DNA of 64,000 bases, from assembly GCA_051362555.1 (NCBI GenBank), contig CM120642.1:8246001-8310000 (forward strand). Direction: 5' to 3'. The notes under the pieces were generated by a model. That model was not told where the DNA came from. It saw only the letters and a list, made by a program, of their open reading frames with translations, and made no database searches. Within the stretch, counting starts at the first letter, position 1, and every line of letters starts with the position of its first letter. The position numbers were made by a program, and so were the translations under genes. Source of the DNA: Lingula anatina. Its lineage: Eukaryota > Animalia > Brachiopoda. Below, one piece after another: positions 25,430 to 37,770 of the stretch.

Positions 25430-26186
25430 CTCAATTATTTAGTTGTAGGCCGCACTCTGTTCCTTAACAAATCGTTTTGCTGCTGTTTTAGTTTCAGTGC
25501 CCACTTTATATAGCATTTCGGTGACCGAGAGTCACATATATTTCCTCATTTTTCTTCCAATTGGATTAAATAAATAATAGTGACGTAGCGGGAAAGCGTA
25601 TTGTTATGCTAATTGAAATGTCTTCACTGTAAATAGTTCTAAAGGCGATGAGGTTTTTTAGATGTTTTATTCAAAAGCTTTTGAGGAAATGAATGAGTAA
25701 GCAAGCTGTGGTGATTTACATGTAGATGTCACTTCTGTATACTTTATGCAGAGTACATTGGTTCAATTTGAACAGTTTGACAGAAGATATTCAAGATGGC
25801 CGACATGCAAGGAGTACTAATGGGTGCTCTGATTTAAAGACTTAAAATCTGGCGTCTCAAAGACAGTTTACTTATCCAAAAGTATGAAAAAAGATACATA
25901 AGTATACTGGTACTTCTCAGACAAATTTTGAAGACTATTTGAAACTTTGCTATTGAATGGTATTGGATTGAAAGTACAGAAGATTCTGATGGAGGACAAT
26001 GGACTGAGGACAATGGACTGACAGTGGTCTAAAAAGTCTATAGTAACAGTGACCAGCAGTAGTAGTGACAGTGACCAGACTCAAAACCTGTAAGTAATCA
26101 CTACAGCTCTTTATGTTTGAAACTACTACACTCTTCAAGATCTACAATCTACAATCGCTACACCATATCATAACTGTACCAAAAAA

Positions 26187-28292
26187 ATGGAGAATAAACC
26201 GAAAAGGAGAGATAAACAGTACTACGCAGTGGCAAATGGTCGAGCGCCTGGCGTTTATAAACAATGGAGTGAAGCATTCAAGCAGGTGAATCAATTTAAA
26301 AGTGCAACACATCGGGGATATGTCCACTTTTCGGGTGCTAAGAAATTTATGCATAGTTACGGTATTGTGAACTTCTTGGTTTATGATGGAGACACATATC
26401 ATTCAAGTGCAGAATATGAGGAAATGATTACTCAAAAGGAGGGACCTGGTCCCAAAACAAAATCTACTGAAACAACAGATGATAAAAGAGATCAAAATGA
26501 AAGTGTTGAGAAAGACAGAGACAGTGCAGGAGTTGAAAGTTTAGCTGAGGAACAGTACAACAAAATTAATCATGTGAAAGCAGGACACACATCAGACAAG
26601 TTACTAGCCAGCCCATCTCTTCCATCTATCCACACAGGTGCAGAGACAATAGAGAGTCCTAGACCACAGGATGACACAATTAAGAAGCTATTCAATAGCA
26701 GTGAGTGGGAGGATATGAAAACAAAGGGTGCTATCACAGAGGATGTTTTCCCAAGTCCAAGCACTCCAATGACTCCCAAAATTACACCACAACAAAAGAA
26801 AGTGCTACTTAACAGAGCAAATGCCACTAAGCATGCATGGGAGACAAGTTTCTTAATTGTTAACAACAACCTGTCTAACATTGAAGCAAGTCATGCTGCA
26901 TTAATAATGCGAATGGATAACTTTCTACAAATCCAAGCAAACAATACAAATACTTTAATGGGACTTATGAAAGCCCAATCTGAAAAAATTAACTCCCTGA
27001 ACAAAAAGTGCTCTGAAATAGAAAATCAACTGAAGCAGATTAAAACCCAGTCTGAAGAAGTAACTTCAATCACCCAAAAATATTCAAATATGGAGAAAGA
27101 AATGCGAGACATCAAAACCACATCCAACAATCTCACTAAAACCTGTCTTGGAATGGAAAATAAACTTCAAGAAATGAAAGAGTTACACCTAAATTCTGTG
27201 ATACAAGACAGTCAAGTCGGATCCAAATCAGCCCCTCAGGAGCTAGAGCACAACAAACAGAACATTGCAGATGCCCGCACAAAAACAACAGGTGAATGTA
27301 CAGACAAAGATGGACAATCAAAAGCAGCATCCAACAAAAGTAACACTGTGAAAAAGAGTACAGATAACACAAATAAGCCAGTAAAAGGCATGAAAAAAGA
27401 AGAGAGAAAAGAAGATGCTGAAATCCCTACTCCGAAAATGTCATATGCAGAGACAGTCAAAGAGAGCTCTAAGAGAATAAAGAACCCCCAGAATGAAATA
27501 AATTTGAAAGCGAGGACGGGGGAAGCACGCAGAAATGATACAAATAAACCAAAGCAACTGAAAAAAATCCTTATCATGTCAGATTCTATTTTCAATCGCC
27601 TCGACTGCAACAGGGCATCCAGCAACAACGTGTCTATAGAGCACATATATGTCAGAGGAGGTGTCAGTGAAATGCATCACTACATAGAAAATATGAACGG
27701 TACTCCAGACTTTGATCATCTCGTAATCCACACTGGGACAAATGATTTGAAAGGGAATCAAGACAAGCTCTTCACTGGATATGAAACCCTCATTAATTCA
27801 GTAAAAGGAAAATTCACAAATAGCAGTATCACATTCTCAGGCATTATTCCCAGGAGTGACATGGCCTACTACACAGTAAACAAGATCAACAGAAGCTTAG
27901 AAAAGCTATGTGCCACAAAAGGAGTAAAATTTCAATGCAATGATATAGTTGTATTCAATGATATGGGGGAGATAAGCTGTGATGTCCTCCACGATGCCGT
28001 TCATCTAAATGATCGCTGTGGCCTTCCTAGACTAATTCTACACACAAAGCATATGTTAGGTCTCAGAAAGGATGATATTGAATGTTTGAATGATAGCAAT
28101 CGCTTCTTCACACCAAACCAACAACTATACAGGCCCATTAAACCAGATTCAAGGAGATGGCATTCTGGACATACAGCTCACAAAATGCCAAGGATGTCTC
28201 AGCGTGTCAACGAGTATAGGTCACATACAAAAAAGTTGTGTCATACGGGATCACATTTATATTCAGTTGGATACTACAAGGATAGAAACTAG
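26187..28292 (+). CDS. LINE ORF1p: RNase H1 N-terminal (Cauli_VI/HBD)-like domain, coiled coil, SGNH/GDSL esterase
   Basis: N-terminal YYAVANGRAPGVYKQWSEAFKQVNQFKSATHRGY; heptad-rich middle region; esterase blocks ILIMSDSI, RGG, HTGTND and DAVHLN. Confidence 0.88.
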   Translation: MENKPKRRDKQYYAVANGRAPGVYKQWSEAFKQVNQFKSATHRGYVHFSGAKKFMHSYGIVNFLVYDGDTYHSSAEYEEMITQKEGPGPKTKSTETTDDKRDQNESVEKDRDSAGVESLAEEQYNKINHVKAGHTSDKLLASPSLPSIHTGAETIESPRPQDDTIKKLFNSSEWEDMKTKGAITEDVFPSPSTPMTPKITPQQKKVLLNRANATKHAWETSFLIVNNNLSNIEASHAALIMRMDNFLQIQANNTNTLMGLMKAQSEKINSLNKKCSEIENQLKQIKTQSEEVTSITQKYSNMEKEMRDIKTTSNNLTKTCLGMENKLQEMKELHLNSVIQDSQVGSKSAPQELEHNKQNIADARTKTTGECTDKDGQSKAASNKSNTVKKSTDNTNKPVKGMKKEERKEDAEIPTPKMSYAETVKESSKRIKNPQNEINLKARTGEARRNDTNKPKQLKKILIMSDSIFNRLDCNRASSNNVSIEHIYVRGGVSEMHHYIENMNGTPDFDHLVIHTGTNDLKGNQDKLFTGYETLINSVKGKFTNSSITFSGIIPRSDMAYYTVNKINRSLEKLCATKGVKFQCNDIVVFNDMGEISCDVLHDAVHLNDRCGLPRLILHTKHMLGLRKDDIECLNDSNRFFTPNQQLYRPIKPDSRRWHSGHTAHKMPRMSQRVNEYRSHTKKLCHTGSHLYSVGYYKDRN

Positions 28293-28300
28293 TCAATGAG

Positions 28301-31300
28301 ATGCCGGGTATGTTATCTATTCAGAAAAAAGACAAAATGAAAAAGACAGCTTCGTTGGAAAGTCTACAAATAGGGTGTTGGAATGTACAGGGACTGGGAC
28401 AGAAACTCCAGGACCCCGATTTCGTCAATTATATTTCACGCTACGATTTAGTAGCTCTTACTGAAACTTGGACTGATCAAACACATTTCCCATCTCTTCC
28501 TGGATTTATTATGTTCCATAGCTATAGAAAGTCAAAGCCAAACTCTGCGCGCCGAAACTCGGGTGGAATTTTAGTTTTTGTTAAAAAGTGCATTAGTGCT
28601 GGTATAGAAAAACTTAAATGTAGAAGTGAAAACATCCTTAGTATTAAACTTAAAAAGTCTTTTTTTCATACGTGCAAGGATATCACTCTACTTACTGTAT
28701 ATATCAGTCCAGCAAACTCTAGCTATAGTGTACGCACCAATGTAGACATGTTTGACTCTCTCCATGAGGAAATAACTCAAGTTGCCAACAGTTCTCATGT
28801 GATTGTTCAAGGCGATTTTAATGCCTATACAAATGTTCACCCAGACTTTGTGCAGGAGGACTCTGTTAATCATATACCCATAGCTAATGGGTTTTACTCC
28901 TGTGATTTACCAGGTTTTAGAAACAATATGGACTCTCACAAGGTGAACGTTTTTGGAAAGAAACTTCTGGACTTATGCAAAACTTGTAATGTGAGAATTT
29001 TAAACGGAACAAAAATAGGAGATCTGGTAGGAAGGTACACTAGTTACCAGCCTAATGGGTGCAGCACAGTAGATTATGTGGTGTGTAGCTCCGAACTTGC
29101 TAGAAGTATTTTGTTCTTTAAAGTAGAGGACCTGACCCCCTACTCAGATCATTGCCTACTTCAATACATCTTACCCTGTCATATTACCCAGAAAAATTCA
29201 CATACAAGCAACGTACATCCTATACCATCAAAATATAGGTGGTCAAAAGACTCAGGTGAAAAATTTTTAAGTGCGCTCTCCAGCGTAGAAAGCCAACAAC
29301 TGATCTCAAAATTTTATGAAACCAGTAACCCTGAAACATTAGTAACTAGATTTAACGCCATAATGAAATCTGCAGCAGACAAATCACTCTGTTGCACTAG
29401 GCAATTGAAAAGGAAACGGTCAGTAAGAAAAAAAGTGTGGTACACAAAATCTCTGCTAGAAATGAAACAAGAACTAAAAACTTTAGCAAAATCTAGAAGT
29501 AAATACCCAAATGACCCAGTTGTGGTGGGGACTTTTTATAAATCCCTAAATAAATACAAAAGAACCTGTAAAAAAGCCTCTTATGAATATAAGGCGAGCC
29601 TCCTCGAAAAACTTCAAAATATGGAAGGGAAAGATCCAAAGGCTTTTTGGCAAACTGTACAAGATCTAAACACTAGTAAAAACAAATCAAATTCTACAGA
29701 ACATGTTGATCCGCTAACATTTTTTGAACATTTTAAAAAACTCAGCAGCAGCGCTGACTTAGGCAAATATGACGACACCTTTAAACAAATGCTTGAGTCT
29801 CAGTTGCCAGTTAAAGAGGCTGAAAATGCAAATTTTGACAGTTTAGATCATGAAATAACACAGGCTGAAATACTTAAGCAAATCAAAACTCTAGGGACAG
29901 GCAAATCTCCGGGTGAAGATAGAATCACCAATGAAATGCTGAAAGCGAGTACGGCAATCACAGTACAGGTACTGCATAAACTATTCAATGCAGTATTTTT
30001 GAGTAAACAATACCCAAAAATATGGAATAAAAGTTTCATTGTTCCCCTCCATAAATCTGGTGATCCCAGTAATGTAGACAATTACCGCGGTATCTCTATA
30101 TCAAGTTGTGTAGGAAAACTATATAATTCCATTCTGCTTTCAAGACTGAAAAAGATATGCTCACAACAGAGTGTCCCTCAACCCAACCAAACTGGTTTCA
30201 TGGAAGGACATAGCACCTCCAATAACCTATTTGTCCTGAAATCTATAGTCACAAAGTTAACAAGATCTAGGAAACGTTTATATGCCTGCTTTGTAGATAT
30301 GAGTAAAGCTTTTGATAGTGTATGGAGGAAAGGTCTCCTCTATAAATTACTGAAACTCAATGTAGGGGGAGTGTTCTATGCCAACATTCGATCAATGTAT
30401 GATCAGGCTACAGCTTGTGTAAAAACTTCCAGTGGCTTAACTGATTGTTTTCCAACGATGAAAGGTGTCAAGCAGGGAGACACTCTCAGCCCCCTTTTTA
30501 TTTAATATATTTGTGGATGATATGTTAAAGCTCATTGATGATGTCAAAAGCGATTCTCCCATAATAAACAACAAACCCGTCACAGGTCTCTTCTATGCGG
30601 ACGATCTTGTACTGCTGTCAACTAGTGCCTCTGGTTTACAGTACAGTCTTAACCGTATTGAAGCTTACTGTTTTACATGGAGACTCTCTATAAATCTTTC
30701 AAAAACAAAAATTATTATCTTCAATAGCAAGGGAAAGGTACAGAACAACCAGGTGCAGTGCAAAGAAAAATTTTTTCTCTATAACAGTCAGTTAACAATA
30801 GTTCCCAGTTACATGTACCTTGGTATTCTCTTTACAAGATCAGGTAATTTCACAGCTGCTCAACTGAACTTATACGAAAGGGCACAGAAAGCGCTCTTTA
30901 GTCTGAAAAGTTATATGCCACTCAGTAGTAGTATATCGTCCTCACTTAAAGAAAAATTATTTGACACTATGATCATACCGGTGGCTACATATGCTGTTGA
31001 AGTCTGGGGCTCCTCTAGAATCACCGACAAATCTCCGGTAGAAAAAATCCATTTACGCTTTTGTAAAGAACTCCTAGGTGTACATTCTAAAAGTACAAAC
31101 CAAGCTGTCAGAGGAGAACTCGGTAGGCTACCAGTGTCCTTTAAAATCCAAACACAACTTATAAAATTTTGGCAAAAAATATTAAACTCGGAAGATAATA
31201 GTTTGTTGAAACAGGCCTACCTAGATGAAATAGAAAATTACAAACTTTTAAACACATCCAACCTTACAGAGATAAAGCAGGAAAACATGTCATGGTGCGA

Positions 31301-31868
31301 AGGTGTGAGACAAATACTTTTTGAGAATGGCTTTGGTGATGTGTGGCTAGGCCAAAGATATGATAAAAACTTTATCCAGCGGTTTAGGGAAAGAATCAGG
31401 GACAGAATAACACAAGAATGGCAGAGAGACATAACTAACACCAAGTCCAAATTACAAGTCTATTGTCAATACAAGAACAAATGTGTGAAGGAAAGATACT
31501 TAGATACAATTAAAGATAGAGATAAATGCACCACTTTAACCAGATTCCGCATAAGTGCACACAACCTAGGTATTGAAACAGGTAGACATGAAAAAATTCC
31601 CCAAGCTGACAGAATTTGCAAAAAGTGCCATTCTGGTGAAATAGAAGATGAAATCCATTTCCTAGTGTCATGCCCCCTTTATACAGACCTTCGATATGAT
31701 CTTTATTCAATATACAAAAAACAACATAGTCACTTTGAGCACCTTACCAGAATGGATAAATTTAAAACACTAATGACTGGTAAGAAGAACGAACACATTA
31801 TTGCTCTTGCCAAGTATTTATGGTTAGCCTTCCAAAAAAGGGACTGTGCTGCACCCATAACCAGTTGA
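28301..31868 (+). CDS. LINE ORF2p (APE endonuclease, reverse transcriptase, C-terminal Cys/His motif), split by one extra C at 30490-30494
   Basis: APE motifs WNVQGL, LTETW, GDFNA, VDY, SDH. RT motifs NYRGIS, QTGF, FVDMSKAFDSV, GVKQGDTLSP|FLFNIF, YADD, YLG. C-terminal CKKC...HFLVSC. ORFs 28301-30505 and 30465-31868 join if one C is removed. Confidence 0.93.
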
Positions 31869-33506
31869 GTAGGTAGAGCCATTTGGGCTCTGCCAAATAT
31901 GTTTTGTATTTTTCATACAAGGAGTCATACAATATCACTATTGATCATAATTCATATTTATATATATTTGCATTCCTTTGTACATTTTCATCTATTCATG
32001 TAGATGCATACGTTACAATGAATAAAGTTCAAATGTATACCTCTACACGTCTCATTGTCGAATAATTTCAATTTTGCTAAAAGCAACTTTGAAATATGCA
32101 TTATTTCCTTCTCACATAAGAAATGATCGCTGCGTGTTTTGTTGTTAGTAAGTGTGGAGAGGTTATGCTTGGTTTGTTTTATTCAAGGGCTTCGAAGAAA
32201 CTAAAACGTCAGCACATTTCTGTGTAATCACCTAAAATACAGAATTGAACCAATGTACTCTGCATAAAATAACGTTGTAATTTACGTGAATCTCCTTCCC
32301 ATAAGAGGGCATGTTGCATGTTCCCGTTTATCATTTTTCTTTTTAAAGTAATCCATCTTTAGTTACTTATCATATTTTTGATTTACATAACCCCACCAGT
32401 CCGCCCTAGGTTTTTAAAGCTAGGCACCCGGATAACGAGCGCCACCGCGTTTGCCATTTTCAGAAGTCAAGGATACATGTATTATTATAATTACGACCAT
32501 TCTAGCCGGTTTTGGTTGACTGAATGTTCCCCTTTACAGTAGCGTTAACAGTGGACTAAAGGTGAGCCATGATTTTACCTAGATACAGATTGACCGATTA
32601 GTTTGTGCGCACCAGCTAGTTCAGACACAAAAATGCTATTCATTATTGCTATGCTTGGTCATAAATCATAGTGAAAATTTTTCTAATAGTTTGTTCAGCG
32701 ATGAAGTGGAACCATGAATATTCATTACTTCATAGAAAACTCACCGGGACGAACCACATTTGTCCTTGACCGTCCTGATAAACAAGTATTTCTGCTCGTT
32801 GGTTGACATTTTTCTTTAATTGGTTTATAGTAACCTGTTTGCTCTATTTGCCTCGCTGAATATATCTAACGCGTAATTCAAAAGGCAAACGTTTCAAAAA
32901 TCACGCACCGAAGTGCGTAAAAGCATTATTTCATCTTATTAGAACAACAGCATTCAACTTTTTATATACCTAAATAAATTAATGAAACGAACGAACCAGT
33001 ATTTTGTGAGGCCCTGTTTGGGCTTCGAATAAGCTCTTCGAATCGGTTTTGATTCTTGTAAAATTTAAAGTTGAAAACATTTAATCTCACTTAGAATTAC
33101 AGTTTATTTATTCACTTAATTATCAAAACAATACCCAAATTGTTCAAGAAAATTTGAAAGCATCAAATAAACAAAACGTAATGACAATCCGTTTAGATAT
33201 TATTAGTTAACAGGTGTACATCATTAAATAAAGACACTCAAACGGCAAGATTAAAACACAGCCCGGTCGAAGCCATTTTATTGAAATGTGATACAAACAC
33301 AGTTATACATGCATAATTATAGCACCTTCACTTTGCACCTAACTTGTCTTGGGGAATCTCTCGTTACTACAATACTTAAAGTATAAAAATATTTCCATAT
33401 TTTAATTCAGTTCACTGTTATTGAATGATATCAATTCTGTCTCAGAGAGGCTTAAATTCTATACATTTATTATACATTGAATGTGTTCAGAATAGGTATG
33501 TTTGTA

Positions 33507-35922
33507 TCAACCAAACAAATTCCCAAGGCCACCGAAGAAACCAGGGTCCAAAGTTGGGCTTAAAGTTGGGCTTAAAGTTGGAGTATTCAAACTCAAGTAG
33601 TACGCCTTTCTAATGATATCAAAAGCTTCAGCGAACGAATCCGCAGCGAAAGTACAGCCTGGACTCGCGATGTCGCGTATCTCCTGCCAGTTAATATACG
33701 GTCCCACCGCTACGACACACACAGTTACTCCTACAGTAAAATGAAAAGAAATTGAAAGTTTAATAGAACTTAATAATATATGCATATTAGAAGGAAATTA
33801 AATGAAATCAAATATGATACAAATGATATTACTATAAGCATATCCAAACTACAGTGTCATGATGAACATATCTAAATATTGAACCTACTCATTGCTTTCA
33901 GTTGATCAGCTGGTATCTTAGGATTCCCACCGTAATTGGATTGACCGTCAGTGATCAGCCATACAACTTTGATGTAACCAGGACGACTGTTTAGTTGCAA
34001 CTCTGATTTAGCTAGTGACAGGGCGAGTGCAGTTGCTGTGCGCCAACCTATAAAAATGTAACAAATGGTAATCAAGAGCAAACTATATAAATGTAGTAAA
34101 TGAAAAGTTCGCAAAACTGTCTGTTGGAATTCTTTTGATGTAAATGAAATATCAATCTATGATATTGCTTCTGGCTGGGAAAGGCATTGCTTGCTAATAT
34201 AGCTACCTATATCTATTGCTGTGCTGTGCTCCCCATTTTGCCCAGTCATACTGAAACCAGTGTCATGAACAACAGAGTCTCCTATGAAACAGTAAGTCTC
34301 GTCCCACTTACATCACGCTAAACATAACCGATTTGAAACCAATACAAGAGATAATTAGCAATTACTTTTATATTTGATTCCGGTATAGGGTGAGAAAAAC
34401 ATAATTAAATTTAATGAACACAGGAAATACAGTTTAACCGTTTTCATAGCCATATAGAACTATGACAGTAAGCATTCTTACCGTTGTCGTACTTCACCTG
34501 TTGAATCCTGTCTTTGATCGCTGCAGGCGTGTTGTACTGGTTAAATTTGAATTCAAAGTGAGCGTACACGGAGTATTCTATCAGACCTACACGTGATTTA
34601 TAATATCCGATGGGTGCTTTGTTGTGGATGTAATCCACAATTATCTGAAAAAAGGGTTAATATAATTGTTCATGTTGGGCAATATCAAATAAAATATAAT
34701 GATTTTTAGACGTTTCCATTCATGATATCAAGATGTTGACATTTTCCTCCCCCCCTGCACACACTGACGCATGACTTATTTCATTTTATTTTATTTTTAG
34801 TAAGAGAATTCTGACTGTGCACATGAAACACGCCTTTGTGGGCCTCTGTAGAAGAGACAAGGCTGAAGCTGCACATCTGTTTTGAAACATTAGACTCTAA
34901 GAAGATTTTCCTTTACTTTAAGTTATTTTTTCTTTGGTGTACTAGACATCCTAATTATATAGCTAAACAGACAGAACATGCATATAGATTAATAAAACGT
35001 AATGAAATATCAATTATGAAATAGGTTACGTTCACCAAATTATTTGGATGTCTCTTATTTTTTAAGAATTTACCTTTGCTGCCTTTTTTTCAACTTCAAA
35101 GTACTTCAGCGTAATACTTCCACTACTGTCCAACACCAACAGAAAATCTATCTTTGGGGGAACTAGAACACACCGCCTATCAAAAAGGCCACCACTGCAT
35201 TCCATTATGGGAGCCATGACACTGGATAGCTTCTGGTTCATCAGTGAAGCCTGGTAATCGACATCAACCGCCTCCGAAACTGTAAAAAAGGTTATTGTAG
35301 AATTTTTGGTTTTTTCCTAAGGTAATGACGGAAATTTCTCTCAAGCGTTCCTACTGGGTACCATGTCATACCAAAGTGTAAAATCACGTATTCTGTTTCA
35401 AGACAGCATACACTGTACTGTATACGGTCGGGAGACAACAGCATCTTGTTTGAGAAATGTAATATCTATCTGTTCTCAAAAAGTACCTTATACGAAACAT
35501 GACAACGAATGAAAATAGAGACATGAATATTCGCTTTACCGAAGCCAGAAAATCCAAAATAGCGGAAATTTGTAAGAGATTTTCACGTTAAGAATTCTTT
35601 AGATTGGCTGTCGGTTGATTCAGAAAAATCTAAAGGACCCCAGGAAAAACGTTGTTTACATTTAAGCAATCTCCTAACGAAAAATAATTGATGGGGAGAA
35701 AAGGAGAGATATATATAAAAAGCTAGAAAAGCTGCAGTCGCCAGACAAAAGTTGAAGAATAGAAAAAAGGGGCGAAATTTAAAATAAAGAAATTAAAAAC
35801 ATGCCTAATGTTATCAACGAAGAACGAAAACAAACAAACCAAAAAATACTGAACTAAAAAAACTCACCTTTTTCAATACTGATTAAAGCAACACAAACTA
35901 CCAGCACACTGAGAAGCTGCAT
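33507..35922 (-). CDS. Secreted single-VWA-domain protein, paralog C (268 aa, 5 exons)
   Basis: Exons 35922-35868, 35279-35074, 34644-34482, 34047-33889, 33730-33507 (807 nt). Signal peptide MQLLSVLVVCVALIS; VLDSSGS and ITDG motifs. TATAAAAA at 35992-35985. Confidence 0.9.
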
Positions 35923-37770
35923 CTTGAGTCAGTCTCCTACCTCGGTTTCTGAAAGTGTTGTTGCTGTGTTTTTTTGCACTGTTGTTTTTATAGCATTTCG
36001 CTGCCAGGTGTACGTGTAGAACGTGGCTCACACATGAATTTTCATATTTCCTCAATAAAAAATAATGACAGACAGTTAATAAAAAACAACTACTTGAAGG
36101 ACAATATCTAAGGCTGTCAGATATTCATGAAAGGGGTGCGAGGAGGTATTCGTCATGATTTTAATTTGTGAAGTTTTTACTTGCTTAAAGGAATCACACA
36201 GAATCCGCGATTTAATGTGATTTGAAAACCGTGTGCACTATATAGTTAACGCCAAGATATTAACGATACGTTCGACTTTAATTGAGGGACCATTCCCACT
36301 GATATTTGGATCGATCTAACTACCTTGGGAGTGTCACTAAATTGCTGTCAACTAACCGGCTTAAATGTCTGTCACGCCTTTTAAAGCTGTTAGGGGGTAA
36401 TTATCTTTACCCCTTAGCTGATTCGGTAGGTGTGACAGACATTTAAGACACTCTAGTGATACTCCCCAGAGAGTTAGACCGATCCAGATGGATCGATCTA
36501 GGCATGGGAACCCAGTCTTAAACTTGAGCTTATAAGGATTCACGGGCGAGTTTCCATCATTAAAAGGCATGTGGAACGAATAATTGCCGCTAATTATTAT
36601 TTTAAATACAACGGATTATGATACTTCTCCCTCATGCCCAATTTCAAATTTACTTCGTCATTTCATTTATTTAAAACACTGTATTCTAATCCGCTTTCTA
36701 TATCTTTTTAAATTTTAAATCTATGCTACCCTGTAAGAGCTCGGATTATGGCGTTTTCTTCTTTTTTCTTTGTACAACCAACGAAATCGGGAGTTTTCAT
36801 ACATATTGTACATTCAAGCTATATTGTGGTTGTCAATCGCAATATTTTAATGTTAAATTATAATTATATTAAAATGGCTTTATGTTGATTAAATCATTCG
36901 CTCCCTATACCTTTAAACAATGTGTTTATCAAAGAAAACGGTGTAACCTATTTATATATTCCCAAATAGGAATTGCAAACTATCCTAGCTCCTCTTTACT
37001 CCTTTCGTTTATCATACGAATAACCTTATTTTGTTTATGGGCCTCATTGAGTCGAACTGTTTGTATTAAAATTGTTTTTCTCCTTCAGTGCATATTTTGA
37101 AATTCAATTAATAAATACAAAGGCCTTGAACGTTACGGATCACACTTTGCCAAACGTAGTTCATTATTTTTTGAGAGTGACACTACATGTACAGCGCAGC
37201 CTTTATCATCCACATCCCTTAACGGTGCCTCCCCCCCCACCCCCACCCCCACTTTAAGGAATACAAGGGGGTTGAAATCTATTAAGGTAAACTAAATATT
37301 TCAAAGAAGAGGAAAGGATAAAGCCAGCACTGGACTCACGTTGGAATGCAGCAACTATCTCCACACTTCAACAGGGGAAAGGCTGTTTACTTTATAACTA
37401 AAACATCATTTAACCTGTTTTCAAATTATAAAACAGGCTATGTAAATGCAGAAAAAGACCCTGGTTAATGGGTATTTTAGTATTAAAGTATGTTCATTAT
37501 TACTATGTGAAGAAAAAACACCTAAGCGCCAAGTTGCAGTGGAATCTGAACGAAGTCGTTTTATTAATTGAACTCCTTTGCAATAACAGCTATATAACTA
37601 TCGCACCTTTCTATTCATATGTACTAATAATATATGTGACAGTCGTGGTAAAAGACAGATAATTGACTACTTAAAGTAGACAAAATCAATTGATTCGCCA
37701 TTATTTAAACTCTGACATGGAAAGGTTTTTATTTCAAGGATCTATTTTACATAAACAAAACAAAACTGCG

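Larger units (their letters stand above)
25769..32033 (+). mobile_element. Full-length non-LTR retrotransposon (esterase-ORF1 type; RTEX or CR1/L2 group, clade not resolved)
   Basis: ORF1 plus APE-RT ORF2. YY1-type CAAGATGGCCG near the 5' end (25792-25802). 3' AATAAAGTTCAAA. 7-bp TSD TGTATAC at 25736-25742 and 32034-32040. Confidence 0.93.

Noticed and set aside
26570-31710. Antisense ORFs within the LINE
   Set aside because: Shadow frames of long A-rich coding sequence with no motifs.
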